Program-made: the position numbers and the translations under genes
IMG/VR virus record: IMGVR_UViG_3300048894_000068
Coordinates: 1-42,134 of that record
Length of the DNA: 42,134 bases
Strand: one strand, 5' to 3'
DNA from: a virus
Lineage: Duplodnaviria; Caudoviricetes
In this document: piece by piece, positions 25,325-34,212 of the stretch
Layout: the number at the start of each line of letters is the position of its first letter
How positions within the stretch are numbered: the stretch's first letter is position 1
Notes under the pieces: generated by a model
The model's database searches: none
What the model was told of the DNA's origin: nothing
Seen by the model: only the letters and a program-made list of their open reading frames with translations

Positions 25325-27028
25325 TCAGCCGGCGATCGACCATTTCCGGTCGGTGTAGCGATTCGGCGTGGTGTTCGCCGCGATCTGCCCGCGCAGCCAG
25401 GCATTGCAATCGGCGGCACCGACGCAGCCGAGCGTTGCCGCGATTGCCAGCGCGCTCATGGTGTAGCTGGCATAGGTCAGGCCGTCGGCGGCTGGGATCA
25501 CCAGCGGGTCGTCGCACGCCATGTAATCGGGCTGCAGTCGCTGATTGAGCGCCCAGCACTCACCCCAGTCCGCCACATAGGGCGCCTTGTCGGCCTCTCG
25601 CATCGCCATCGTATAAGGGGACGGTTTAGCAGGCCACCAGCCGGACGTGTTGCTGGTCCGCGCGATGCTGTGCTGGATCTTCCAGTCTAAAATCTCCCGC
25701 CAGTCCTCGTGTCCCATCTGCACGACATGGCCGAGCACCGCCGCTTCGAAGTCCTCCATCCATGGTGAGGTGTAGCTGCCGAACGGCAGCGTGCTGGTCG
25801 CCGGCGAGCCGGTCGCGTCCGCAAGGCAATGAAACACCGCGTAGGGCAGCTCGGTGTAAGGCGGCGCGGTTGGATCCACGAACGTGGTCAGCATCCAGTT
25901 CCGCTCGCGATCCAGCCAGTCTTGCCAGTAGGCGCGCGGCTGGATCCAGTCACAGCCAGCCTCCGGTGTCACACGCGCGCAGCGCGCCAGACCCCGCGTC
26001 TGCCAAGCGCACGCTCGAACCGCCTTCCCGATCGAGAATTTTTCGCGGCTCTGCGGCGGCGAGCTGATGATGTCGTAGGTGGACGCGAAATGCTGCTCCT
26101 CGAGAAAATACACATCCCCGGTCAGCAGATAGGCGACGTAACAAAGTGCCGGCGTGTGCGCGACATCCAGCGTCACCGGCGTCGCGATCCAGGGAATGGT
26201 CGGGCCATACAAGGTCGCGCTGGGATGCGTGTTGACGTCGAACACGCCGCCGCCCGTCTCGTTTCGGAAATGCCAGGGAAATGTCCCCGACGCCTCGGCC
26301 TGTGCGAGCAGCGAATCGGCCGAAGCATCGCCGCGCAGGAATTCAGCCTGCGCCTCGGTGAAGAGGCCGATCTCGTCGCGCTCGCCGGTCGACGGCACAT
26401 AGGCGGTCAGGCCCGCCAGATCCATCGGCGCGCTGTAGACGCGCGCCGGCGACAGCGGCCGTGTGGTTGCCAGCGAGGCATCGAAGCGCGGCAGCAGGCC
26501 CTCCGCCTGCAGCTCCTCGATCGTGGCGACGATCGGGCGCGGCGCCGACTGCCAGCGCCAGCGCGAATACCAGTAGTGCGCCGGCACGTCGATCGCGCAG
26601 AGCTGCGTGTCGCCGTCCCAGATGGTCGCGACGTATTCGCCCATGTTGAAGGCCTCGGCGCCGACCGCGGTGTCGCCCAGTTCAAGCACGACCTCGACGC
26701 GCGAGGGGTCGTCACTGTCGTCCGTGTCGCAGCGGAATTGCACCACGAAGCCAGACAGTGCCGAGTTGGTCACGTCGATGCGGTTCTGCACATAGGCGCC
26801 GCGCGGATCGATCCAGTCGCCGCGATCGATGCCGTCAGCCGCGGCGAAGCGGTGATCCGTCCCACCATAGGCGATGGACACCACCAGGCCGGGCGTCGGC
26901 AGCGGCGGCGGCGTCGGCTCGGGCGGCAGCGGCTCCAGCAGCACCACGGCCGTCACTTCGAACGGCGCATATCCCTCGAGCGTGCCGGACATCGTCAGAG
27001 CCAGCTCGATGCTGAGATCGTCGACCAT
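25325..27028 (-). CDS. 567-aa acidic enzyme-like protein, probable alpha/alpha-toroid (polysaccharide lyase/hydrolase-like)
   Basis: TGERDEIG, DVAHTP..Y..YLLTGD..FLEE, VRACAW, SPWMEDF motifs; Pro-rich linker near the N-terminus; GAGGAGG RBS. Confidence 0.55.
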   Translation of the reverse strand: MVDDLSIELALTMSGTLEGYAPFEVTAVVLLEPLPPEPTPPPLPTPGLVVSIAYGGTDHRFAAADGIDRGDWIDPRGAYVQNRIDVTNSALSGFVVQFRCDTDDSDDPSRVEVVLELGDTAVGAEAFNMGEYVATIWDGDTQLCAIDVPAHYWYSRWRWQSAPRPIVATIEELQAEGLLPRFDASLATTRPLSPARVYSAPMDLAGLTAYVPSTGERDEIGLFTEAQAEFLRGDASADSLLAQAEASGTFPWHFRNETGGGVFDVNTHPSATLYGPTIPWIATPVTLDVAHTPALCYVAYLLTGDVYFLEEQHFASTYDIISSPPQSREKFSIGKAVRACAWQTRGLARCARVTPEAGCDWIQPRAYWQDWLDRERNWMLTTFVDPTAPPYTELPYAVFHCLADATGSPATSTLPFGSYTSPWMEDFEAAVLGHVVQMGHEDWREILDWKIQHSIARTSNTSGWWPAKPSPYTMAMREADKAPYVADWGECWALNQRLQPDYMACDDPLVIPAADGLTYASYTMSALAIAATLGCVGAADCNAWLRGQIAANTTPNRYTDRKWSIAG

Positions 27029-28203
27029 CAGCGGCCTCCTCGCCGGCGCGCGTTGAGCAGCTGCACGGCGTTGCGCTGCGTCGGCATCTGGGCGAATCGC
27101 TGCTCGGCGTCGCCGGCCTGCGCGGTGACCGCCTGCGGCGGCGCGCGGCCGCGCTGCACGTTCGGCACCATCGGCGCGTCACTGCGCACCCCGTGCATCA
27201 TGCGGTCGAACGCCATCGCTTTGAACAGCGCCACGATATGCCGCGGCTCATAGATCGATTGCAGCTCGGCGTCGGGGAATCCCTGGGAGCGCCCCCAGCG
27301 GATCATCTCGCTCTGCAATTTGCCCCGCGTGGCCGCGTCGTCCCAGCCCGGCAGCGCCTGCGCCAGTTGTGCGTGCCCCTCGGCGAGGCGCTTGCTGCGC
27401 GCCTGCTCGGTTTCCTGCTGCTGCAGCGCCATCAGGCTGTCCAGCCGCTGGCGTTCCGCCGCCGCCTCTTTCCAGGCCGCATCCTGCCGCTGGTATTCCG
27501 CCGGGTCGGTCGCGGCGAGGCGCTTCCAGTCCGGCTGCTTGCCGAGTTGCTGATCGAGCAGCGCGATCTGCCGCTCGATCTCCGGCACCAGCGCCGGCAG
27601 CATTTGGTCGATCGCCTGGGCGCGCTCGGCGACCTGACGATGCGCCTCGGCGAGCTGCTTGGTCTTGTTGGTGTAGTCCTGCGCCTGGCGCACCGCCGCG
27701 GTGAGCTGCTGCGGCGTGAAATCCAGCGCGCGGCCGTCGATGGTGAGCCGCACCGGGCCACTCAGCTCGGCCGGCACCCCGGGCGGCGCCTGGCCGTGGG
27801 TCGGCGGCTGCGCGCCATTGGCGGCCGGCGCCGGATCCGCGCCATTTGGCGCGCCGGGCGGCGCATTGCGCTGCCGGTAGGCGGAAATCAGCCCGTCGAT
27901 CGGGTCGGCGACCGCCTCGGCCGGCGCGGCATGGCCGTTGGCACCCGCGGCACCGTTGCTGCGCGGCGCGGCGGCCGGTTGTGGGGCCTCGCCGGCCGCC
28001 GGCGCGGTGCGCCGCGGTGCGCGTTCGCCGCCGCGGCGGTTCTCGCCGACGCGTTTGACCGCCTCCTCCAGCGAAATCCCGTCGCGCAGCCGTGGCGACT
28101 GCCCGAGCGGCGCCACCGCCGCCGGTTTGATGTCCGCACCGCTCGGCTGCGGGCCGGGGGGCGGCGCCGGCGCGCCGCCGGTGCCGTTCGGGGCGTCGCT
28201 CAT
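27028..28203 (-). CDS. Capsid scaffolding protein
   Basis: Disordered N-terminus, then V.LTIDG...DYTNKTKQLAE, DW..LA..DPAEY, LPGW, GF...EL..IYE.R; between portal and capsid. Confidence 0.85.
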   Translation of the reverse strand: MSDAPNGTGGAPAPPPGPQPSGADIKPAAVAPLGQSPRLRDGISLEEAVKRVGENRRGGERAPRRTAPAAGEAPQPAAAPRSNGAAGANGHAAPAEAVADPIDGLISAYRQRNAPPGAPNGADPAPAANGAQPPTHGQAPPGVPAELSGPVRLTIDGRALDFTPQQLTAAVRQAQDYTNKTKQLAEAHRQVAERAQAIDQMLPALVPEIERQIALLDQQLGKQPDWKRLAATDPAEYQRQDAAWKEAAAERQRLDSLMALQQQETEQARSKRLAEGHAQLAQALPGWDDAATRGKLQSEMIRWGRSQGFPDAELQSIYEPRHIVALFKAMAFDRMMHGVRSDAPMVPNVQRGRAPPQAVTAQAGDAEQRFAQMPTQRNAVQLLNARRRGGR

Positions 28204-28361
28204 GGTTTTCCTTTCGCCGGCGGGGCCGGATCCTTTGGCAACAGCCGCTGATAGCTCTGCTGGAATCGCTGCGCCGCGGCCTCTGCCTTCTTTTTTGCCT
28301 TCGCCGCCGGCCGCGGGCTACGCCGCGTGAACAACTCGGGCTCGGACTCCGACCGTCTCAT
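28200..28361 (-). CDS. Basic hypothetical microprotein, 53 aa
   Basis: ATGA coupling at both ends. Confidence 0.5.
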   Translation of the reverse strand: MRRSESEPELFTRRSPRPAAKAKKKAEAAAQRFQQSYQRLLPKDPAPPAKGKP

Positions 28362-28516
28362 CGCAGCAGCGGCGCGGCGTGACCGAATAATTCGGAGGCG
28401 ATCCAAAACGCCACGGCACACCAACCGAGATGCGGCCGGGCGATGCCGACCGGCCACGCGGCCGCCGCCAACACCGCACACACGAACGCGAACACCAGCA
28501 ATATCACCGGCAGCAT
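28358..28516 (-). CDS. 52-aa two-TM membrane protein (MLPVILLVFAFVCAVLAAAAW...)
   Basis: Hand-translated; AGGAGG RBS; two hydrophobic helices. Confidence 0.7.
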   Translation of the reverse strand: MLPVILLVFAFVCAVLAAAAWPVGIARPHLGWCAVAFWIASELFGHAAPLLR

Positions 28517-28528
28517 TGTCCCCTCCTG

Positions 28529-28792
28529 TCACTCATTGGCCCGCTGCTGCTGCAGGAGCTGCGCGGCGGATCGCCAGTTCTCGAACACCGCCTGGAGATT
28601 CTCGCGCAGCCGCAGGATCGCCAGCACCTGCTGGCGCGCCTCCTCGCGCGCTGCGGCATCGCCGCCGCGCATCGCCGTCACGGTGCCCAACTCGATCATC
28701 TCGTCGAGCGCCTCCTGCAGGAACGCATCCTTGAGCAGCCGGTCGGCCGCGTTCGCCGCGGCGCGGGCATTGGCCTCGGTGATCGCCACCAT
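28529..28792 (-). CDS. Conserved portal-adjacent helical protein, 87 aa
   Basis: A..LL.D.FLQEA...REEA pattern typical of the gene after the portal. Confidence 0.7.
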   Translation of the reverse strand: MVAITEANARAAANAADRLLKDAFLQEALDEMIELGTVTAMRGGDAAAREEARQQVLAILRLRENLQAVFENWRSAAQLLQQQRANE

Positions 28793-28793
28793 G

Positions 28794-31514
28794 TCAGCTC
28801 TGCCCCGGCGGCGGCGGCATCACCGCGCGGTCGACCAGCATCTGCCCGGCATTTGGGCCGCCGCGCGACAGCATCGCCCGGCGCATCGCCATCACCGCGG
28901 CCGGATCCGGCGCACCACCTGGCGCGGCCGGCCCGAGCGCCGGCGGCGCGCCCTGGGGTGGCCGCGCCGGCCCGCCAGGCAGCGGCGCGCCCAGCGCCGG
29001 CGGCGGCGGTCCGGCGGCGCCCGGCGGCGGCCCTGGAGGCGGTGCGGGCCCGCCTGGCGGCGCCGGCTGCACCAGCAGCGCCTGCAGCGGGATCTGCGAG
29101 CGCAGCGCCGCCTTGAATTCGTCGATCGACGGCAGCGGCGTGCCGTTCTTGCCGGCCGCGACATAGGCCTGCACCCAGGCGGTGACCGCCGACTCGGCGC
29201 GCGAGCGGTCGTCCTCGAACGCCAATTTCAGGCGGTCGGTCTGCGAGCTTCGCGCGTCATCCAGCGACTGCGCCTGCAATTTGCCGGCCTCGACCTGGGC
29301 CAGCACCTGTTCCGTCGAAGGCTGCGGCGGCGGCGGCGGCGGCGGCTGCCAGTTCGGCGGCAGCTCCTTGAAATACGACACCACGTCGGAGATCCCCGCC
29401 GTCTCGCACATGCGCGCCAGCGTGTTGCGATACTCCGGCAGCCCGACGATCGGCGTGTCGAGCTGCCCCTGCGCCACCGCCGGGGCGAGAATCGCCTCCT
29501 GCTTGGCGGCGACCGCGTTGAGCATGGCGAGGCGTTCCGCCGGCGTGCCTTTGCCGCCGATATTGGTCTGCACGTCCCATTGCACGCTCAGTGCGCGCGG
29601 ATCGACGGTGATCCACTTGCCGCGGATCGACAGCACGTTCGGGCGGTCCTGATGCCGCGCCATCAGCCGCAGCAGGCCCTGATACAGCGGCACCAGGCCG
29701 GTTTCCGCCATGGTCCTCGCGATCATGTCGATCCTATCCTGCGCCGCACCGGTCTGCGCGCTCACCGCACTCGGCGTGGTCGATTGCAGCGCGTCGGCGG
29801 TAAGCCCCTGGCTGGTGCGGGTGATGCCGGTGCGCGACTCCCGCACCGCCTCGAGCTGCTCCATCACCATCAGCGCCTTATCGCCGATAAACGGTTTGAC
29901 CAATTCCGTCACCGCGCCCTGCTGGCGCACGCGGATTATGGCGCCGATCGCGGTCTGCCGCGTGTCCTCGAGATAGGTCGAATTCACGTCGACCACGGTG
30001 CGCGGGAAAATGCTCTGCGCCAGGCTGTCGAGCGTCGCGCGCATAACGCGGGTTTCGGTGCGCTGCAGATCGATGCACATATCCGCCTGGCTGTAGCCGA
30101 TCACCCGGCCGGGCTCGCGATACGGCGTCATGGCGCTTAACGGCACCTCGTCGCAGCGATCCCAGCGGCACAGCTGTGGTGTGGAGCCGAGCGCATGCGT
30201 GTGGATCAGCTCGGCGACGCCGTCGCCGTCGGTGTCCATCTGACACCAGCCCTCGACATAGCGCACCATTTTCATCGCGGTGTCGCTGCCCGGCTGCTGC
30301 GCCCGCCAGGCGCGCCCGCTGACCGGATCGCGTGCGGTGATCTCCTGCCGCCGCCGCGTCGTCGTGGCATCCGCCGCCGCGGCACGCTCGACCGCCTCGG
30401 CGGGCAGCCCAGCGGCGATCAGATCCGACGCCGGCACGTCACGCACATGGAAAATCGCCCGCGCGGTCTGCGCCTGGTCGGCGTCGGCGACGATCCACAC
30501 GCATTCCGGCGGCACCGCCTCGACGATCGGCCAGGCGCGCGCCGCGCTGCGCAGGATGCGCGCGCCATACAGCACCGGCGGGCCGCCACCCTGGAAATAC
30601 GCCATGCCCTCGGGCGTCGCCGCCACGGCGCGCTGCTCGGACGGCAGCATCGGTCGTTTGGTGACTCGCTGTGCCACGATGCCGGGCTCGGCGAGCAGCG
30701 CGCGCAACTGCGGCGCCAGCAGTCGCTCGCAATCCTCGACCCGTTGCGCGCGCCGCTCGCCCCAGCGCCAGCGCAGCCAGCCGACCTTGCGCGTGAGCGC
30801 GTCGAGCATCGCGTCGTGCAGCACGATCCAGCCGCGATTCGCCGTAAATAGCGCCCAGTGGGCATATGACGTCGCCTGCCGCGCGAGCTCGGCATGCAAT
30901 TCGCCGAGCTGCTCGTTGTCGGACACCGCGGGGGTGAACTCGACCGGATTCTCCACGCCAGTGAACAGCCGCAACAGGCTCGGCATGGTCGCGCGAATCG
31001 TGTCGCGCACCGTGGTCAGCACGAGCCGCGAGCGACCGGGCTCCTCGTCGCCGAATTCCTTGCCGCGATACGCATCCGACGCCTTGATGCGATCGACCGA
31101 CAGGGCGGTGTCGTACGTCCGCGCCTGCTCGTAATAGGCCATCATCTCGGCCTGCACGTCGTCGTCGCGCACCGCGATGGTGTCGAAAATCACCTCCTGC
31201 TGCCACGCGACGCCGGCCGGCGGGATCGAGGGCTGCAATGCGGTCTGGTATTGATCGAGCGGCGGCGGAAACGCCTGTTCGCCAAACAGCTCCGGCATCG
31301 CCGCGCCGAGTGTGGCGCGATCGGTCAGCGCGAGATGCCCGGCCAGCATGATCTCGTGCGGCATATGCGCGGGCTGTGGCGGCGGTAGGCTGGCGAGGTC
31401 GATCACCGACGGGTTGAGCAGGCCGGGGCGGCGTTGCATCTGTGGCAGGCCGGCAGGCGCTTGTGGCAGCCCGGCTGGCTGCGCGAGCGGCGGGATGAAC
31501 CCGACGCCGCTCAT
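28794..31514 (-). CDS. Portal protein (P22-like) with Pro-rich terminal extensions
   Basis: R..A...Y.G...GDEEPGRS..V...VRDTI...MPSLLR.F; DALTRKVG; DLQR; E.RTGITR.SQG; IAR..AETG. Confidence 0.92.
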   Translation of the reverse strand: MSGVGFIPPLAQPAGLPQAPAGLPQMQRRPGLLNPSVIDLASLPPPQPAHMPHEIMLAGHLALTDRATLGAAMPELFGEQAFPPPLDQYQTALQPSIPPAGVAWQQEVIFDTIAVRDDDVQAEMMAYYEQARTYDTALSVDRIKASDAYRGKEFGDEEPGRSRLVLTTVRDTIRATMPSLLRLFTGVENPVEFTPAVSDNEQLGELHAELARQATSYAHWALFTANRGWIVLHDAMLDALTRKVGWLRWRWGERRAQRVEDCERLLAPQLRALLAEPGIVAQRVTKRPMLPSEQRAVAATPEGMAYFQGGGPPVLYGARILRSAARAWPIVEAVPPECVWIVADADQAQTARAIFHVRDVPASDLIAAGLPAEAVERAAAADATTTRRRQEITARDPVSGRAWRAQQPGSDTAMKMVRYVEGWCQMDTDGDGVAELIHTHALGSTPQLCRWDRCDEVPLSAMTPYREPGRVIGYSQADMCIDLQRTETRVMRATLDSLAQSIFPRTVVDVNSTYLEDTRQTAIGAIIRVRQQGAVTELVKPFIGDKALMVMEQLEAVRESRTGITRTSQGLTADALQSTTPSAVSAQTGAAQDRIDMIARTMAETGLVPLYQGLLRLMARHQDRPNVLSIRGKWITVDPRALSVQWDVQTNIGGKGTPAERLAMLNAVAAKQEAILAPAVAQGQLDTPIVGLPEYRNTLARMCETAGISDVVSYFKELPPNWQPPPPPPPQPSTEQVLAQVEAGKLQAQSLDDARSSQTDRLKLAFEDDRSRAESAVTAWVQAYVAAGKNGTPLPSIDEFKAALRSQIPLQALLVQPAPPGGPAPPPGPPPGAAGPPPPALGAPLPGGPARPPQGAPPALGPAAPGGAPDPAAVMAMRRAMLSRGGPNAGQMLVDRAVMPPPPGQS

Positions 31515-32050
31515 GCCGCGCTGACCTGAAAATCATTCGATTGCGTGGTGATGTCAGGGCGCCCGCGCACCCACAGCCGGAAATGATAACTGTCGCCCAC
31601 CGGCACGCCGGCACAGGACAGCAGCAGCGTGCCGTCGGGCAGGATGTTGACCGCGAGCGGCGGCGACACCCAGCTTTCGTCGAGCGACAGCACGACGCAG
31701 TCGCAGCTCGCCGTCATCGGCTCCATGTGGCCCTCGGCGGTCACCGTCGCGGTGTCGGTGGCGGTCACGTCGCCGACCGGATTGATCCAGATCTGATAGG
31801 GCAGCGGCGGGTTGGCGATGGAAAATCCGTCCGGCGGCGGGTCGGCCGCGGCGGGATCGTCGACCAGGCGGATCGAGTAGCCGGGCGCAATCGGTGTGCG
31901 CCAGAGATCGATGCCGATCGCGCCGGCCTGGCCGCCGCAGCGCCGGCGATAGTCGGGATAGCGCCAACCCGGCACATAGGTGCCGTCGCAGCGCCGATAC
32001 GCCGGATCGTCGGACGGTTGTTCGCTCACGATCGTGCCGGCTGGCTCCAT
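31511..32050 (-). CDS. Hypothetical protein, 179 aa (beta-rich C-terminus)
   Basis: AGGAGG RBS; ATGA-coupled to the portal. Confidence 0.6.
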   Translation of the reverse strand: MEPAGTIVSEQPSDDPAYRRCDGTYVPGWRYPDYRRRCGGQAGAIGIDLWRTPIAPGYSIRLVDDPAAADPPPDGFSIANPPLPYQIWINPVGDVTATDTATVTAEGHMEPMTASCDCVVLSLDESWVSPPLAVNILPDGTLLLSCAGVPVGDSYHFRLWVRGRPDITTQSNDFQVSAA

Positions 32051-32051
32051 C

Positions 32052-32225
32052 TCACGCCTCCTGCGCGCCCTCGAGCGCCGCCTGTTTTTCGTGGTGCATG
32101 CGAAGGTGATAGATCGTCTGCTCGAAATAGCTGCGCGCGATGGCGAGTTCGCGCGTGCGCTGCGTCTCGGCGTCGCAGAATTGCCGGAACAGCACGGCCA
32201 GCGCGGTGATGTCGTGCTCGGTCAC
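32052..32225 (-). CDS. 57-aa helical hairpin protein (weak Acb2/Tad1-like pattern)
   Basis: GTGA coupling to the TerL stop; RELAIARSYFEQTIYHL. Confidence 0.55.
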   Translation of the reverse strand: MTEHDITALAVLFRQFCDAETQRTRELAIARSYFEQTIYHLRMHHEKQAALEGAQEA

Positions 32226-33658
32226 TCGGTCCCCGCGATCACCCGGCGCAGCGGGATGCGGGGGTTCAACAGCCCGCCCATGCCGCCCTGCAGCGCCATG
32301 CCGCCGGGGGCAAAGGTCATGATCAACGCGTCCGCCGCGTCGGGCGAGGCGAGGCCACGCGAGCGCATTTGCATTTTCGATTCCACCTGGGCGCGCCCGT
32401 CGGACATGAACGTCAGCCGCGGCCCGGCGAGATCCGCGCGCAGCCTCTCGTCGTAGGGCAGCCGCACGTTGCGCCCCTCGAGCCACTCGCGCGCGCGGAT
32501 CCACAATTCGTCGCGCATCCTGACGAAGCGCCCGGCGGCGCTTGGGGATTCGCCGACGTTGAGCCCGAGCACCGGGAGATTTTGTTCGCTCAGGCGGTCG
32601 ACCACGCCCGAGCCGATGCCGATCACGTCCACCACGATCAGCTGCGGCCGCGCCGGCGAGGCGAGCGAGTCGTATTCCGCCTTCACCGCGCCGGCCAGCG
32701 CCATCGTGTCGACGCCATTCCAGCGCCGCGGCATTTCCGCGACCACGGCACCGCGCCGCTTGACCAGCACGCTGGCATCGGCGCCGTAGCGGGCGACGTC
32801 GAGTCCCCAGATTTCCGGCGCGGTGAGATCGAGCGGCACGTCGCGCGCCATCGCCGCGTCGACCAGCCCGGCGGGAATCACCGTGTCCTCGTCGGCGGTG
32901 GGAAATTCGCCGAGAATTCGCACCCGGTAGGCGTTGGAATCCTCGCCGTAGCGGTTGGCGATCTCCTCGACGAAATCCCGCGACACGCGCGGCGATTCGA
33001 GACACGAAACCCGCATGCAGAACCAGCGGTCGCGCTCGAGCGTATGCACGCGCCAGAAGAATCCCGTCGCCCGGGTTGGGTTCGAGCAGCAGATTGTCAC
33101 CGCGCCCGGCGTGCTCATCGAACCGCCCGCGGCCTCGAACACCTGCTCGGCGACGCCCGACGCCTCGTCGACCACCAGCAGGACATTGTCGCTGTGCAGG
33201 CCCTGCAGCGATTCGGGATTATCCGCGCGCGAGGTGCGCGCGGTGACGAAGCAGGTATCCGGCGAGGCCTTGAGTTTGACGTGGTCGCTGTCGACGTCGA
33301 ATAGCTCCTGCCAGGACTGCGGCAGCAGCCGATAGGTCGCGCGCACGTCGCCCATCAGCGCATCGTGCAGCTGCGGCGCCGAGGGCGCGGTCACGCCGAC
33401 CTTGTAGGGCGCGCGTGTGCAAGTGAACCACACGATGGTCGAGGCCAGCCAGACCCCTTTTCCAACGCCGTGACCGCTGCGCACCGCGATGCGGCGATGG
33501 CCGTGCGCCAGCGCGCGGTTGGCGCGCTCCTGCCACGGGTCGGGCTCTCTGCCCAACACTTCGCGCCAGAACGCGTTCGGCTGGCGGGCATATTGCTGCA
33601 CGCAGATCGCGAACGGGTCACCGGAATCCGCCAGCAGCTCGGCGACCTGCGTCGTCAC
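32222..33658 (-). CDS. terL: Terminase large subunit
   Basis: Walker A SGHGVGKG, Walker B LLVVDEASG, SNPTR, RNase H GLDVARYGAD, SPDAADAL; GTG start coupled to the upstream stop. Confidence 0.95.
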   Translation of the reverse strand: MTTQVAELLADSGDPFAICVQQYARQPNAFWREVLGREPDPWQERANRALAHGHRRIAVRSGHGVGKGVWLASTIVWFTCTRAPYKVGVTAPSAPQLHDALMGDVRATYRLLPQSWQELFDVDSDHVKLKASPDTCFVTARTSRADNPESLQGLHSDNVLLVVDEASGVAEQVFEAAGGSMSTPGAVTICCSNPTRATGFFWRVHTLERDRWFCMRVSCLESPRVSRDFVEEIANRYGEDSNAYRVRILGEFPTADEDTVIPAGLVDAAMARDVPLDLTAPEIWGLDVARYGADASVLVKRRGAVVAEMPRRWNGVDTMALAGAVKAEYDSLASPARPQLIVVDVIGIGSGVVDRLSEQNLPVLGLNVGESPSAAGRFVRMRDELWIRAREWLEGRNVRLPYDERLRADLAGPRLTFMSDGRAQVESKMQMRSRGLASPDAADALIMTFAPGGMALQGGMGGLLNPRIPLRRVIAGTE

Positions 33659-34212
33659 GCGGCGCGCTTCAGGTAGGCGCGCTTGATGTGCGCCGCGCAG
33701 TAGGGCGACAGCCGCGTCGCCGCCGGCGTCGCCGGCACGCGCGGGTCGTCGCAGACCCGCCAGGGATTCTCCGCGATCGGGAACTGGCAGCCATCGCCCG
33801 GCATGGTGTCGAGGCACACGCGGATCGGTTTGGCGACGCGCGCCGCCTCGGCGGCGGCGCGCAGCTGGATCGCCCGGCGGGTCGGTGCGCGCGGCTGCAC
33901 CGGCTTGGCCGCCCGTTTGGGCTTCGCCGGCTTCGGCGTCGACACGACGTGTGGCTTGGCCGGCCGCAGGTTCCGCCGGTGGATGATGCCGGCAATGACG
34001 TTTTTATTGACCCCGAGCGCGGCGCCGACCTGGGCCTGGCTGAGTTTCTGCGCCAGCAGGGCGGCCACCCGCTCGACGAAGCCTGGCGCGTAGGTCGAGC
34101 GGCGCTGGGCGCGCGCAGCGCGCACCAGGCGCTCGCACTCGGGCCCGCAATACGCGCTGCCGCGGCGCGCGTAGCTGGCGCAGCCCCGTCGCCCGCAGAA
34201 CGGCGCTGGCAC
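33655..34212 (-). CDS. gcrA: GcrA-family transcriptional regulator with extra N-terminal Cys cluster
   Basis: LSQAQVGAALGVNKNVIAGIIHR HTH plus CQFPI...C...PYCAAH..RAY C-terminal motif; start uncertain (34212 GTG with GGAG, or 34317). Confidence 0.8.
   Translation of the reverse strand: MPAPFCGRRGCASYARRGSAYCGPECERLVRAARAQRRSTYAPGFVERVAALLAQKLSQAQVGAALGVNKNVIAGIIHRRNLRPAKPHVVSTPKPAKPKRAAKPVQPRAPTRRAIQLRAAAEAARVAKPIRVCLDTMPGDGCQFPIAENPWRVCDDPRVPATPAATRLSPYCAAHIKRAYLKRAA

Noticed and set aside
7044-33335. Many long plus-strand ORFs (e.g. 12439..13830, 25829..27253, 28443..30140)
   Set aside because: Antisense shadows of real genes in high-GC DNA; Arg/Ala-rich and motif-free
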